Positions 1 through 12,375 of a stretch of DNA of 64,000 nt are shown piece after piece. A model generated the notes under the pieces. The model was not told the origin of the DNA. It ran no database searches and was given only the letters and a program-made list of their open reading frames with translations. Source of the DNA: Trichosphaerium sp. ATCC 40318 (lineage: Eukaryota > Protista > Tubulinea); NCBI GenBank assembly GCA_038496445.1, contig JALMLS010000138.1:62001-126000 (forward strand). The letters run 5' to 3'. The translations under genes and the position numbers were made by a program. Numbering within the stretch: position 1 is the first letter of the stretch; each line of letters starts with the position of its first letter.

Positions 1-1305
1 TCACTTGGAATGTTTTTAACGTATGCTACAGTACATAAGTATCATAAAAAATACGTATTCACGTTGAGTGTCAATGCACAAACGCCATTTGTAAGTAAAC
101 AAGTAAATTCCAAAAAAAAATTGAGTGTTCGTAGAAGCAGCTTACCATTATGACCTCTGGTACTTTACAAGTACATTGTTGCAAAAGAATAGGCCAGAAT
201 TCATTTGTGAATGTTGTAATCGTTTGAGGATTTTTTAAAATCAAAGGTGGTAATAGTTGTGTTAGAGACAAGTGAAGCATATCAAGCCTACTCATATCAT
301 TTCCTATTTCCAATATCATATCTACGAATTATTATCAACATAAAAACCTTGTAAGAATGACGACACGTGTAATAACACGTGTCATGATAAAGTTTGTACG
401 AGAGGAGAGCAGAACAGATCCACTAGAATGAAGAACAATTGAATCAAAAAAAAAAAAAAACAAGTTGTTTTTACATCGAGAATTTTACCTTGATATGGTG
501 CTTCATCCGCTCCAATAGACTTATTTAGCAACTCACCAAACCCAACAAAACATCTCAAGAACACTGGCGTCTGTTCTTGGCTGGTAGGTTCCACCAAAGG
601 CCGTTTTTCAAAAATTTGTCGGACTTGTGTTAAATCTGCATTATTGTTAATTACAATTCAAAAAAAACGCGCCAAATGATAACTACGCGTAGCCTTTCGT
701 TTAAGACCCAATTGTGATGATTTTTAACAAAAAGTATTGATTTTTACAAACGTGCCTTGTAATGTAGCGAGTAAATCTTGAGCAAATACGATAGACGAAC
801 TCGCTTCTAGGTGAGACAATAGAGCTACTAGACTGTTCATTACAGATTCTGTAGAAGCCCTATAATGCTATCAGACTATTTCCAAAGCGTGCTAGTACAT
901 AACACCGGCGTCAAAAGCCAAAATAAAATGTTACAACCGCGTTAGGCGCTACTCACCTTAGACTTGGTTCACATAGCAATGGCACCATTCTCCATACGCA
1001 TGGGCCCACTTTCGCAATGCTACGGCAATTTCCAGCATAAGCCACTGTCCAAAACTTCACGCATGTGACAGTTAGTATCAACTCTGCTACGTGCTTTATA
1101 ATATCAACGTCTAGGTATTAATTAAAACCGTTTTAACGCCTATTCTTCGAAAATACAGACCACATCCTTTATCTAGGAAACCAAGCAGTTTAGGAACGTT
1201 TGCCTGTATTACTGAGGCTATTTTCGCGTTCGGTAAGCTATTGGGGCCGTCTTTCAGACACGGCACCATTTCAACGACTATGTTTTCCAACTCTTCAACG
1301 CTCAT
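1..1305 (-). pseudogene. Multi-exon helical-repeat (HEAT/ARM-like) protein gene, possibly degraded; may continue past the window start
   Basis: Minus-strand exon-like fragments separated by splice-like T-rich gaps give Leu-rich amphipathic segments (MSVEELENIVVEMVPCL; NSLVALLSHLEASSSIVFAQDLLATLQ; LDMLHLSLTQLLPPLILKN). A clean frame could not be assembled. Confidence 0.3.
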
Positions 1306-1602
1306 ATTTACAACCGTATTGTTTTAGTGTCGCCTGCATATCTCTATCAAAATTAACTTTTTTGACTTTGGTGATTTTTTTTGGCAGAAATTTCGAGTTT
1401 TTTCGGCAATTCTCACCATTCTTTCACTCTGCACTAGAACTATCTGGTTGGGATCAATGTGTTTGTCTCCTACTGAGATTGTCTTAGGTGTAATATTGGT
1501 CTTAAGACCATATTCTGCCTTTTTGTACCAACAAAGTACAAAAAAGTCAATTCAGCGTATTGCTCCAATCAATTAACCGCTTGCATCAAAACTGTTGCTC
1601 TT

Positions 1603-3088
1603 ATGGCTAAGAAACATGATTTGGAAAGCATTTTAGACGAATTTGGCATAGAAAAGTATTATCGCACAATGAAAAACGTAACAACACCTCTAGAGACGTT
1701 GATAAGATACAAACACTACAAAGCAGCTATAAGGTTAGTTCATGCCTACTCAAACAACGGTTTTGCTAGTGCTATTGACATAAGTACGTCTATTACTCCC
1801 CAAGCGCGTAAATTAACGTATTTACAACGTTTAGAGTCATTACTACCAATTATCGTTTCAGCACGCAAAGTTCGTTGGTCAATAAAAGTAGAACTCTTGG
1901 AACTTATGATTCGGGAGCTGGTTGAAGCACATTCTATTTCATTTGAAACAGCAAACTTTATTGTAGAATACGCTTGTAAATCAGGAAAGCTATGGTTTTT
2001 AACGTACGTTATACACAATCTGTTGCCAAATAAACATCCTATCACGTGACTTTAAACTTAAAAAAAAAAATCAACTTTTTGGTTTGGTGTCTAGTTGTTA
2101 AGGACACGGGATTTATTCACAACCTTTCGTCATGTTCTAATTACTATTATATTCTAACCATAATACAGTATGATATTAGCAACATTCCAAGAGTTAGGTT
2201 TAATGTGTGAAGATTTTGGTTACGCTAGTAAGTCTATGTTTCCGAGCTAAAGAGGCTGGATTTCTTGGTTTTTTAATAACTATAAACTAGTCACTAAAGA
2301 AGCAACGATTGCATTCTATGCTAATCCTTACCCGCATAAATTTAAAGTAAACTACAATACTATACAACGCATTATGGAAGGGCATCCAAAAGAAGCAGTT
2401 ATTGCTCTAGCTAAAGGGTATATCAAAAATCCATTCAAGATGTCAAAGGTAGATGCTTTTGTAATAGTGTTTGCATTGTTCAAATCATGGTCTTCAACTT
2501 TCTTATTTTTAAATTATCGGTATTGTAACTAACATTAGCTACGTAGCTTCTTACAATCACTGTTCGTAGTCAGAGTGTTGACATGAAATGCATTGAAGCC
2601 ATGTTTCATATTTTGAACAAGCCAAGCAAAGAACTGCCTTGGAATTTTTCATACCGTGGTATGGTTTGTTCATTTGCAAGTCTTATTAATCGCTCTTTGA
2701 TTCCTAAAAACTACTCTAATATAATACATGGAATTCGAGAAGAATTGGGTAAAGAGAAGCCTTTAGAGTGGGCTCTTAAAATGCGCAACACAAACGTTAT
2801 TAACTTTTTACTTTGTTGTGGTGAAAACGCTAAAGATGTTCCTTTCATGCTTGTTGTCGAAACAATAAAGCACTATGATGTTGTACCATATCTGCCATTG
2901 ATATTATCAATGGGTAAGAAACAACGGATTGAAATTGCAACAAGACTGCCTAATGTCAGACTATTATTAAAAGGTAACAAGCTTGTATTGTAGCTAGATG
3001 TAAACTCACATGTTCTTAGATTATTCTCCAATGATGATCCCACCTTTCTCCAAAAATACAACTTACATGAGTATGTTATCAAACACAG
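1603..3088 (+). pseudogene. Ankyrin-repeat-like protein gene, disrupted
   Basis: Ankyrin-like motifs TPLETLIRYKHYKAAIRLV, VEYACKSGKLWFLTYVI and KPLEWALKMRNTNVINFLLCCGEN. In-frame TAG at 2991-2993 with the frame continuing (LDVNSHVLRLF...). Confidence 0.4.
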
Positions 3089-3103
3089 GTACATAATCCT
3101 ATC

Positions 3104-4287
3104 GTGATCAACATTGTAACCTTCTATAAAGAGAGCAACAAAAAAGACTACATTACACAAGAACTTCCAGTTGAGATCCTCAGTGCCATCACAGACTATT
3201 TGGACTTAATGTCATGGTTTTCGTTTGGTATGACCTGTAAAGGACTTACGTGGCTCCATCAAGATGCTGGTAGACTTCTTCCACATGTAATGTTAAAACC
3301 TCACACTTCAGAACCTGAAGATACGCTGCTAATTCTGAAGAGAGAAATTACTGCACGTTATAATATGTGTAATCTACATGCTAAATATGAATCGTTTGGC
3401 AGTATGCATTTCCTTTCAGGCACGTGATTAATGGCTATTAGATAAGATCAACAGAAAAACAAAGACCTACTTTTTTTTTATGTATTAGTCATCTTTCTTC
3501 GCCGTTTACGCCTATTAATTGATTATTAGCAAATGGTGGGTATTGGAAAATATGCGGAGGTGGTAGATACAAATGTTATGATGTTATGAGAGGGAGGTTG
3601 TTTGAAATAAGTGAGCATAACTACAAGTATGGTCAGTACAAAAACAAGCCAATTTCGTTTTGTGATGATCCTGAAAATTCGGCGCTACTTTGTCATGTTG
3701 ATGGACGTGGTACCATCTCGTTACCGCATGTCTCTTCTATAAGCTTTAAGCATGCAGCTAGATATGAGGATAATCAAGATGAAGTCATTATTTGTGATAT
3801 CTTCAAAACTGAACCAAAGTCAAAGATATCTGTTTATGATATTCAAACAGCAACATGTGTTAATCAGTATGACTTACAAGATAGCTATGTATATATTCCT
3901 ACTTATGACGAGAATACTATTATCGCTCCTTGTAATGATTCAGGTATTGTTGTGGTTGATAGACGCTCAAACAAAAGGGATGTGATGTCATGGGAATCTG
4001 CTTGTTACACACCTGCTACAAAAACACGTGTTACACTTTGTGACAATATCCTTATAATCCATTGTAATATGAAACCTGCAACATACATTGATCTTAGGTA
4101 TAAGAAGTCGCCATTGTATCAAGTAACAGGAGAATGTATTGTGGATACATACAACGGAAAGTATTGGAAGAAAAATGGTACTGTTTTTTTTGACTTTTTT
4201 TTTGAAACTCTCAAAATACCATTATCGTTATTGAATGACAAGCAAGCTATCAAAATATTTATTAGTAAAACTTGTGTTTCTATTTGA
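3104..4287 (+). CDS. F-box protein with WD40/beta-propeller-like C-terminus (multi-exon, boundaries approximate)
   Basis: F-box ELPVEILSAITDYLDLMSWFSFGMTCKGLTWL, followed by WD-like blade ends (ISVYDIQTATCV, VVVDRRSNK, TYIDLRYKKSPLY). Probable GC-donor intron starting at 3420. Confidence 0.55.
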
Positions 4288-4602
4288 GATATCACTTAAT
4301 GTCTAAAGGGACTACATTCAGTAAATTGCATTCATGTTTTTTTGTTCTTTTTTTTTTTGGTAACAACTAAATGTTTTGTAGCTCAAGGGACTGTCTTTCA
4401 ATGCTCTGATATAAACAGTGAAATGTGGTGTGGTTTATTTAGAAGTGTTATAAGGGCAGTTCATGGAAATGTTTTATGTACAAGATACGGTATTGGATTT
4501 GTAGTCTTAACCCCCAATTTTGATCTTTTTTAGGTATTGTCAATTTTAATTCAAAAGATGCTCAGTTCAACTCATTTGGAACGAGGTTGTAAATATTACA
4601 TT

Positions 4603-4658
4603 TGATTTTCCTGTAATTATGTTGCTAGTCACTACAAAAAATAATTGCAGGGAAATCA
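4603..4658 (+). other. Isolated intergenic hairpin with 18-bp stem
   Basis: tgattttcctgtaattat (4603-4620) pairs with ataattgcagggaaatca (4641-4658); the only two non-Watson-Crick pairs are G:U on the + strand. Confidence 0.6.
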
Positions 4659-6469
4659 GAATAAAATAGGAAAGTACCAAATCAACAGTTATACAAGTCA
4701 AAGATTTCTAAGTTCCAAAATCTGAGGTAAAATCCTATGGATTACTGTCATTTGCCACCAAATTCACGGTTTTAAGTATTTTTAAGGGTAGCCTACTATC
4801 CACGTGATTTGGTGTATAAGGTTTTTTGCAACGGGATTGTTTGTTTACATTGTTGTGTTATTGTAAAGATACTCTGTCTTATGTTTGAACTATTGTTAAA
4901 TGGCGTGTCTGTTATTATTTGTCGTTGTCTTAATAAGACCTAGCAATGTTGCCCAATTGCGTAAAACTAATATTTCCGGTTGGAATAACTTTCTGGCGAA
5001 AACTTCCTATTGGACACTGTTCAAACGGAAGTTTGGTATTTATACAGAACAATTCCGCTTCTTAGAGTACAGCCGGCGGCTGGCTATAGAAACATGGTCG
5101 CTCATGACGATCAAAAACAGCTCTCTAAAGACCTACCCACTGTTCTACTTGCTAAAATCGTTATTCACTCTGTCGAGTATGCTGAAAACCTTGCAGCAAC
5201 AAATCAACGAACAGAAGGAAGCCATACAGTAACAGGTCAAGGAAGCCATGTAGCAACTATGCAACAAGCGGAAGGACGACCAAAAGTCCATAAAAAGACT
5301 AGAAATGGGGATGAAAACTTATCAACTAGAATTAAAAAGGCTAGATCAAGTTATTAATTTCTTAAAAGCAGCACGCTACAAAACACTTGTAAGCATTGCA
5401 AGAAATACGTATTGTATTTCAAACCACAACCAAGTAAAAAGCAGGATAAATTCTGACCTTAACATTAGACTACAGCTGTTGCCTGTCTGCTTTAATCGAA
5501 AGTCTAGAGAAATAGTGAAGTAGAGTGTAAATATTTTAAATACCTTGGTTCGGGCAATGATTGCGGAGCTCACGTGAGACCAAAGCTGAGTTTGACAAGA
5601 AAATACATCAAATGAATGAACAGCGAGATAAATAGCGAGAACAACTTGAACAAGTAAAGACAGTTATGCTAGTAAATCGTAAAGCCGATAAAGAGCTAGT
5701 GGGCCGACTCGTCAAACGTGCAAGGTTACTTGAGCAAACAGTGCTCCATATAAACTTGTCACAACGATTTCAGACGTTGTCGACCTACATCGAACAAGGT
5801 ACTGCTCTTTGAGTACATTAATACGTTATTGATTGATTTACCTGAGTTCGCCAGTAATTGGAATCAGCTCAAACAAGTCTGGAATAGATCTTTTGCAACA
5901 CTGATGAACGACCCAAAGTTCAAAACTGAGCCCTTGCTTCACCGTGGAGCTGACACTTCAAAATAGTCTGCAGCTAGTAAGCAAAACAAGTTCGTGACGT
6001 ACGCAGACCGTTAGACGCAATAAACGTCTCTCCAAAGCCGTCAGCGCTGTTCTCCGTCTAACGAGTTCAGAAGGCTCTGCAAGCTCATTAAGTGCAATTG
6101 AAACTATAAATTGTAAGATTGAATCTGAAATGAACTCTTTAAATAACATTACCAAGAGTGTATGCACAAATAATATAAAGATAACAGTAGATGTTCGCCA
6201 TTGAATAAGAGTTGCTGCAATCGTTGTAGGATGATAGCAACTCCTCCTAGGAAATTAAATTCTTCTCAACTTCACTTGTATCGTTTGAAAGCTCCACACT
6301 GAGCCTAGCGTGTGACACAGCACTATTAAAACAATCAGTTAGAAACCTATGAATAAAGGCTTTGTAGGATAGAAACAAAAATAAAATGCTCAATCAAACA
6401 AAAAAAAGAAAAATTGCTGTTTTTACGTGATTAAAATTGTGTTGTACTATAAAAAAAACACTACGTACG

Positions 6470-6895
6470 TCTGTATGCTACCTCCATCGCCACCAGTGTC
6501 GTTAGCTGTCAGGTAATACGATGGTAGAGCATCTTGAGCGATAACAAAGCACAAGATAAATAGACAACGAGTAAAGAGCCTGTACCTAAATGCTCGGATC
6601 TTGCTCGGTGGAGGTTTGAGCTACAGGTCTTTGAAAACGTAATCGGCCGATTTTGGGTTACGCATACTTTTCACAAGTATGTTCCAGTTCTTGGTTGGAT
6701 AGAACCGTTGATCTACGTCGGTCAAGCATTGTGTACATCATTTTAGGTCTAGGATACTCGTCTAGACGCTTCTGGGAGAGCTTGAAGACAATGTCGCCAG
6801 TATCAAACGAAGAAAAGTTTCGTTTGTAGCTGTTGTTTTTCAGGTGTTTCATCCTTAGGATTCAACTTACTCTTCTTAGGTGGCTCAGACATCAT
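6470..6895 (-). pseudogene. Frameshifted remnant with BTB/T1-like start
   Basis: MMSEPPKKSKLNPKDETPEKQQLQTKLFFV/DTGDIVFKLSQKRLDEYPRPKMMYTML loosely resembles a KCTD-type BTB N-terminus; needs at least two frameshifts. Confidence 0.22.
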
Positions 6896-8039
6896 TTTAG
6901 ACGGTCATGATGCGAGCCTGAAGAAGTTGTAAAATTATAACAGACGTACTCTTGCACATCTACAATGTGTTAGTAGAATGTATCATTAAAAAAACTTGAT
7001 TGATTTTTGTCCAAACGGTCGCCTTAAATTCACCAGTTGCTGGTGTGCAAGGTCGTTTACAATGACTTACGAGATTGATGTAGCCATCAGATTGAGTTTA
7101 GAAGAGTTGCGAGCCATGTTGATGGTGTAGAAAATGGTTGTTTGTTGATTTCAATAATAGTCTTTGTGGTATTTATTTTCCGTTTGACTTTTCACGAATT
7201 GTTTACTGTCACGTGTGCATTCAATTAATAGTCAAAGAAAGCAATTTAAGTGAAACTCAGGGTTGGTGATTGATTTTCGCTGCTCATGGCCAGCAGCTGG
7301 CAAAAATTATATGAAGCATGATTAGTACTACGAATTTGTCTCATTTAGCTATTATTGTACCATTTCGTGCACTACCCATCAAGGTTATCACTCAAATAAA
7401 TACTCTGACACATATCGCCAGTAAACATCACCCCATAGATTGTAAGACTGAGATCATCAAATACATTGGTAAGTCATTAGGTTGACAAAAGCTCATTCAA
7501 ACCAAAAAAGCAGAAGAATACAACATCCGACCTTGCTGTACCAGTAAAGCTAATAGTTCATAGTCTTAAACAAGGCAGTTTGCACGTTCAGCTCAAACAG
7601 TATAATGTTGCCCGTAGGATATACGCAAACTACTGCGAAAGATGAGGTGACATGCAATTCTGTTTGAGGGATAAAATTACGGCACGCTTGTTATTATTTT
7701 GATGTTGGGAAAAACAGCGCCTGCTTTTTACTACCGTAAACAACTGGCTCTTAGTGATTTAAGGAATATAGTACAGTCCACGTGGATTGAATTTCTTTTT
7801 ATTAACTGCCAAGATCTAACTGACAATTTGAAACGATTTGATTGTTCTTTGAATTTTCTTGCTTTGTTTTTGCTGAATTTTCTTTTATCTTACACTTTGG
7901 ACAAGTATAAAAATCCACTTATTAGCTGTGCTTCACTTATAGTCATAAAGTTTGGAGTGGACTTTCGTTCAAATTTCCACAGTGGCTAACTATTGAGGCA
8001 ACTATACAACATAAAATACAATATATAACGCTAGATCAT

Positions 8040-9260
8040 ATGAGCGATATAAACAATTTAAATAGTAAGACAGAGCTCTTAGATATGCCGACAGAGATTC
8101 TTGCTTGTATTTTAGAGAAAGTGACTCAAAGAAGGCATTCAGTCGCATACAGTTGTCGAATATTACTTTCCATCATCCACAATATTGTTGGCTATCACAA
8201 AATCGCAATATCAACTTTAAAAGAAGCAAACGAAATATGTAAACGTCCTGGTAAGTCGCGTTACTATTTGTCTACTCTAATCTTGTACACAATTGCTTCA
8301 ATTGATAAAACTTTTTCTACTTTCATGGCACATGTCATGACCGTTTTACTGAGAAGTTGGCATTTTCGAAATGTTTTTGTTTAACAACTATCTTAGCTGT
8401 CGTAACAGTTATGATTTTTTACGTACAGTTACTTCGGTGCTAATGTTATATTCCAGGTTTTCTGAGAAATACATTCATAATTGTAAAACAAAGTAAAACA
8501 CGTGATGAAGTGGATGACATTGTAGAATCGCTTGGAGGTCTCAATACAGGCGTAGATACTTTATTTAGCAGCAACACAGACATCATTGTTGATAGCATTA
8601 TCAATTACAACAGTAAGCTCAATTGCCCGTTACTTGAAGATTTGCGATGTCGTCATGTTGTACAGTCAATATTCTTGGGTTACACTTCTGTGTCAGATTA
8701 CGGCATATCATCACTTGCTGGCGTTCATACTATATACTTGACAAAAACAAGAGTCACAGATGAAGGTATTAAAGCCATTGCAGGGGTCCATACAATTAAT
8801 ATTTCTTGGAGCCATGGAGTAACAGATGAAGGTTTTTAAGGCTTTGAAAGGAGTTCATAGCATTGAAGTGGTAGGATGTAGATATTTAACAGATGATGGA
8901 CTTAAAGGACTTGCAGGTGCACATACAATCAAAATAGCATATTGTCATGCAATAACAGATCAAGGAATTAAAGAACTAGTGGGTGTTCCTACACTTATGC
9001 TTGCAAACTGTAGTAGAATCACAGATGTAGGTATAGCACCACATGTTGCACGCGCTCATAAAATTGTTATTGAAGACTGTTATGGAGTAACTGGCGATTA
9101 CTTACAACCATTGCAGACAAAAAAAGAAAAAAAACCACAATTGAGCCCAAATGTTGAAGTAATTAACTCAGATCAACCAAATGAGTCAAACATATACAAT
9201 ATTCTCGATCAAGTCGTCACATTAGTTAATAACACCATATTGTGGTTCCTTTCATTGTAG
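8040..9260 (+). pseudogene. F-box + leucine-rich-repeat ('AGVHTI' type) protein, frameshifted
   Basis: F-box-like LLDMPTEILACILEKV and LRRs such as VTDEGIKAIAGVHTINISWSHG and LTDDGLKGLAGAHTIKIAYCHAITDQG. The +1 shift near 8835 lies in a T5 run and could be a sequencing error. Confidence 0.75.
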
Positions 9261-9971
9261 GGAAAAGTTGAGAAAATGAAAGTAGATATTGGAGATAAGG
9301 GTTTATTGGCTACATTATAACAATAAAACAAAATCTGAACTTGTTTTTTGTTGATAAGATCCCGTGCTAGCGTTGAGTTATGTATGGTCCTGGTACACTC
9401 CCGTGTTAGAGCTACAAATACTGAACAGCATGTGTCGTTTCTTTTTATTTAACCATATTATTTTGACCAATAAACAATCATCACTATATGTTCAGCAATG
9501 ACACAAATGTTTTTTACAATACGTTAGATTCACGTGTTTCCTATTGCTTTTTTGCTAGTAAAGAGTCAAAACCAGCAATCTTTATGAGCTATCCTCACGT
9601 GCTAGATTACATTTACCTAAAGCACCTTGACTGTTTGATGTAGATGCAGTCTATACTTTATACTAAAACAGTACAAGTGAGTAGTATGGTATTTTTATTT
9701 CATTGCTTTGTACTCATGCTTGTGTTTTTTTGTTTTTGTTCTGCAGATTTTTTTAACCTGTTTTTTATACAATGTGTTTTCAATGCCAGACAATCTCAAT
9801 CACATTTGTGTATGCGTATTATAATATATGTCTATAATATAGTGTGTAAAATCTTGTTATTTTGTCAAGCTAATCATCTGGAGCAGTATAGTGAATATAC
9901 TGGGTTTTTTTGTACATTTTTTTTTCTTTTGCTGTTGATGCTAACAACGTAATTTTCAACCCTTTAAGCTC

Positions 9972-12046
9972 TCACCGTAGGCGTCTGATAACTCTTCTCA
10001 TTTCAGGCGTTCTCTTAAAGTAATCTTCATCTAGTCCAAGATCAAGGGCTCTTCTTTCAAATGCCTCTGGCTCCCAATACCTCTTAATGTCTAAGCAGAA
10101 AAAACATGAGTACAAGGTATAATTCAATAAAAAGCAAAGATTGGTTTGTTTCGCTTTGTTAAAGATATACTAGATTAAAAATATACGCCTACACTATTTA
10201 CAACTTGTTAAACCCATTTTGAGGCATATTTAATAATAATGGTGAACGTGATGTAGCAACAAACATAAGTTTTAAAAAAATTCAAGAAGAGAAAAAAAGA
10301 AAGTTTATGAACATACGTGAAAGCATTGAGACACCACCAACAGCAACAGTATTCTCTCCAGTACCATTTTGAAGACAATGTACAAAATAAAGAGCACGTT
10401 TATCGACGACACGTTTATGCATAGTTGGCCATGCTTCCTATAAAGAAACATGTTAAACATATAAAACTTGGTGGAACAAAAAAAATTCGTGTTCACGCAC
10501 TGATACAAGCTCTGCAGCTTCATCAACAATATCAGAGTGCTGAGATATAGTAGATAAATCAAATTCCTAATAGAAACTTAATCCAATACTTGCAATGTAG
10601 AAGTTCAACAACACAAGCATAACTGGAAAAACTGTCCAAAAAATAAGTTTAAATTCGTAACTAACCTTCATTGGCATGGCCCTGTTCATGTCACCACGAT
10701 TAGGCATCTGTCTACTCATCATATCTTTTAAAGCCGCTCTTTGGTCGAGAGCTAATCCATCCATGGTCTCTCCAATAACAAGCTAAATACTGTCAAAAAC
10801 ATAGAGTTCAATGCACGGGTAAAACTTACTGAAAACCGATAGTCCATAAGCGCAACTTTTGTGTTCATATTACATGCAGTATCAAAAGCAGATATACTAC
10901 TTGGTCCTGTACTAACACTAGACATAATACGTGATACACTATTAACAAAAATAAGCAAAAGAGACGGCCCTGAGTGAAGTAAAAAAATAAAACATAAAAA
11001 TGATCATTTACAAGAACTAGATAGAACAAGCTTCTAAAAAACTGCTCTAGATCAATACGTACAGATGTAAATTTCTATATTTCCTAATCCCAAAATACTT
11101 ATAAGGCCACTACATACAGGTGAGCACAGAATACTTTCAAACAAAAAGATTTATGTCAATATTCTGAAAAAAGCGAGAAAAAAAAAACTGGATGCAACAG
11201 TTGACACGCACATTTTTGACTGTTCTGGAATTAAATAATCCAGCAGTTGTAGTCAACCTAGATACTCTATATTCACATAACTGGAGCTACAAAAGAGGTT
11301 AACGAGACTCAAAAAAATTAGAAAGAAAAAAATACGTACTCCGACAACATCTGGCTTTACTTCTTTAATAATCTATGCGTTGTTAGTAAACAACGGCGCG
11401 TTTTTAAGCATTTGCGACAAGGACGTTAAAAGAAAAGAGGGAAAGAACTGGTTTACACTAGAAACGAAGGGATACGGTACTGCAACCTTGACGCTTGCGT
11501 GTGAAGCAAAGTTTGAAAGCTTTCCATAAACTTTTAAATGATTTCGTAACAGCAATTCGTCGATAGCATATATTTGAGCAGTTTTAACACTACAAACCAA
11601 AATAGAGCGCAAATAAGGCGTACATCTTCTACTTGACCAGCATCGCCTACTGAAACGCTTGTGGTACCAACAACATGAATTGTACGGTCTCCACTGGTTA
11701 TTTTTAATACATTTGGTTCTACTCTTTCAATTTCTGCTCCAATGTAGGTGAACTTACTGGTAGTTGCTGTTGGACCGTTTGTGGTCTCTTTCGTTTCTTC
11801 TGAGTCGTAATTAGTTAACAATTTAGTTGATTAGCGTTGTATCGCACCAGCAACCTCCGGTTGTTCTTCTTTTTCGCTAAAAAATGAATACGTTCGAACT
11901 TGAACGGCTTTTCAAACAGTCAACGCATGGAGGTAGTATTCAAGCGTACCAGCTGATTTTACAACGCTAAACCGCTTGGTGGGCGCTTTATAACTGCTTT
12001 GTCGTTTATTTACAGCACAACGCTGTATAACACCGCGCAAGAGCAT
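9972..12046 (-). CDS. TraB-domain protein (TRABD-like) with predicted mitochondrial presequence, multi-exon; 3' end approximate
   Basis: Spliced translation MLLRGVIQRCAVNKRQSSYKAPTKRFSVVKSA|AKKEEQPEVA|...RTIHVVGTTSVSVGDAGQVED|IIKEVKPDVVG|LQLCEYR...KVALMDYRFSVSFTRAL...TVAVGG follows the TraB/PrgY motif order (VGTAHxS, PDxVxxELC, GDR, VAVVG). Introns are GT-AG. Confidence 0.72.
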
Positions 12047-12375
12047 TTGGTACTTTTGGTTTAACGATCTATGACTCATCTGCCGACTTAAGGCACACAA
12101 CCAACTGTAATTTCATTGCCGGTTCAACCAACGATTGTTGACACATTTGGTGAAAGTTAACGACAGGTGCCATCGATTGACAAAAAAAACGACACCAAAA
12201 AAGACTTGGAAGTAAAAACGTAGAAGCGCACTTCTTTTGAACTTTCAATGCGATTTCAATCTACAGAATTCTTGTAGTTAGTGGTTGACTTTTATTTTGT
12301 GAGTTTTTCTTTTTGAACATAAAATTGTTTTCACGGTACAACTTTCCCGCCACACTCAAAGCACCTCCAAATACC
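12047..12375. promoter_or_regulatory. Probable bidirectional promoter between the TraB-like gene and CSE1
   Basis: 329 bp between divergent ATGs at 12046 (-) and 12376 (+). Confidence 0.5.

Noticed and set aside
5010-6230. Coiled-coil-like coding remnants (similar remnants at ~19540-20100, 23800-24400, 37340-38050, 62050-62360)
   Set aside because: They look like decayed genes but have too many stops to assign a frame or family.
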